DNA of 64,000 nucleotides from Calditrichales bacterium (GTDB lineage Bacteria; Calditrichota; Calditrichia; Calditrichales; J004): NCBI GenBank assembly GCA_965267575.1, contig OZ254086.1, positions 1,792,001 to 1,856,000 of the forward strand, read 5' to 3'. Shown piece by piece: positions 62,701 to 64,000 of this stretch (position 1 is its first letter; each line of letters starts with the position of its first letter). The notes under the pieces were generated by a model. It saw only the letters and a program-made list of their open reading frames with translations, ran no database searches and was not told where the DNA came from. The position numbers and the translations under genes were made by a program.

Positions 62701-62776
62701 CCTAAACTTGCCCCATAAAGAGGCACCCTGTAAATTTTACCAAAAAAATACCTGCCACGTTTGAAGGAGTAATTTC

Positions 62777-64000
62777 ATGTTAGACGAAACCATTGAGCTT
62801 TTTACCAAACGCGTGCGTGAAACGGTATTGGCCGATCAGCGCATGTCGCACATCCCGCTAGCCTACCTGATCACGCTGCAGATCCCGGACTCCATCAAGC
62901 ATTTTTTCAAGCAGGAAGTGGAGATCTGGCTGCGCGAGGAAGAAGAGAAATTTACAAGCGAGCGCTTTGATTACGACGAGCCGCAGGTGCGCATGCTGAT
63001 CGATCAGATTTTTGATCACCTGCAGCAGAATGCGGTTTTTGAGCTGACCAAATTCAATCACCTGCTGGAGCGCGCCGTAAAGCTGGAGCTGAATTACCTG
63101 GTGCGCCCGCACCGCACGCTGACGCAGTTTATCTTCCGCAACAGCAACAACGTCTCGACGATGGAAGTGTATGACACGCTCAAGTACTTCTTCAAATTCG
63201 AATATTATAAAAACGCCATTTCCGATTATTTCAATACCAAGTACCTGCGCAGCATCACGCAGGACCAGTTTGTTGACCTGATCAACCAGATCGATGAAAA
63301 AGCGTTTAGCGAGAACCGACTTGAGACAACGCTTAAAACGGTGAAGTCGATTATGGCGGCCCTGGCCGAGGCGCGCCAGCAGGATGTGGACAGCATCAGC
63401 GTAGAGGTTCTGCACGACGCACTCTCTGATCGTAACCTTGATGATTACGCCGGACTGGTTAAAGAAATAGTGGATAAGGGCCAGGTTAATGAACTGACTC
63501 TCGGTGAAGTGGAGCAGCTACTTAAAACCGGTAAACTGGAAGCCGGTGTCAGTGAAGAAACGCAGACCACGCTGGAACCGCACCGCGATATCGAAAGCGA
63601 AGCGCCGGAAGTGGATGTGGCCGAAATTGAGATGAAAGAGGCCGAAGTTGACCTGACCGAGGTTGAAGAGGAAGAAGACGAATTCGAGGAAGAACTGGAC
63701 GAAGAGACAGAAGCGGCGGCTGAAGCCATCACCGATGTGCGCAAATCCAATGTTGCCAGCGACCTGGCCGACCACGTAGCCAAACAGATCAGTTCTACTT
63801 CACCGTTGGCTGACCTGAATGAAATGATCAAAGGCCGCCAGCGCCGCAAGATCATTAAGCGCCTTTTCCGCAAAAACGAGCAGGAATTCCTCAAATTTCT
63901 GCAGTTGATCAACAACCAGCCAAACTGGAAATCGGCATCGCATATTATTGACGATGAGTTTTATAATCGCGAAATCAATCCATATTCCAAGGAAGCAATC
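62777..64000 (+). CDS. Hypothetical helical protein with acidic linker (3' end outside window)
   Basis: Not in ORF track; AAGGAG RBS, TTGCCC-N17-TAAATT upstream; MLDETIELFTKRVRETVL...; Glu/Asp-rich stretch near 63.6-63.7 kb. Confidence 0.8.
   Translation, partial: MLDETIELFTKRVRETVLADQRMSHIPLAYLITLQIPDSIKHFFKQEVEIWLREEEEKFTSERFDYDEPQVRMLIDQIFDHLQQNAVFELTKFNHLLERAVKLELNYLVRPHRTLTQFIFRNSNNVSTMEVYDTLKYFFKFEYYKNAISDYFNTKYLRSITQDQFVDLINQIDEKAFSENRLETTLKTVKSIMAALAEARQQDVDSISVEVLHDALSDRNLDDYAGLVKEIVDKGQVNELTLGEVEQLLKTGKLEAGVSEETQTTLEPHRDIESEAPEVDVAEIEMKEAEVDLTEVEEEEDEFEEELDEETEAAAEAITDVRKSNVASDLADHVAKQISSTSPLADLNEMIKGRQRRKIIKRLFRKNEQEFLKFLQLINNQPNWKSASHIIDDEFYNREINPYSKEAI

Noticed and set aside
62858-63915. 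Minus-strand ORFs at window end
   Set aside because: Antisense to the plus-strand CDS starting at 62777, which has an RBS and promoter

Overview
Mostly core chromosome of a Gram-negative bacterium. The C-terminal 'YPNPFNPST' sorting domain, gene content and sigma70-like TTGnnn-N16-18-TAnnTT promoters suggest Calditrichota or a related FCB lineage (inference). The window holds an MFS transporter, two Crp/Fnr-family regulators, an RND efflux system, metG-tatD-rsmA-mgtE, prmC-rnr-lptD, tex, transporters, a hybrid histidine kinase and a secreted GH18. It also has a secreted protein/FecR/outer-membrane barrel/CHASE2 adenylate cyclase cluster, an ssb-led nucleoside salvage operon, uppS-folC-rho-rpmE-prfA and lepA-lepB-hemW-TPR. 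No rRNA, tRNA, CRISPR array or transposase was seen. The most unusual feature lies between prfA and ssb (48.65-49.87 kb), largely missed by the ORF track. It is a tandem array of four paralogous 55-59 aa Sec-signal peptides with a conserved AT[IV]IP[LI]PPPPAP core, plus a fifth more distant small exported ORF. The array includes a perfect 234-bp tandem amplification and has a CRP-like palindrome upstream. Several intergenic regions carry REP-like hairpins and 8-bp-period degenerate arrays.
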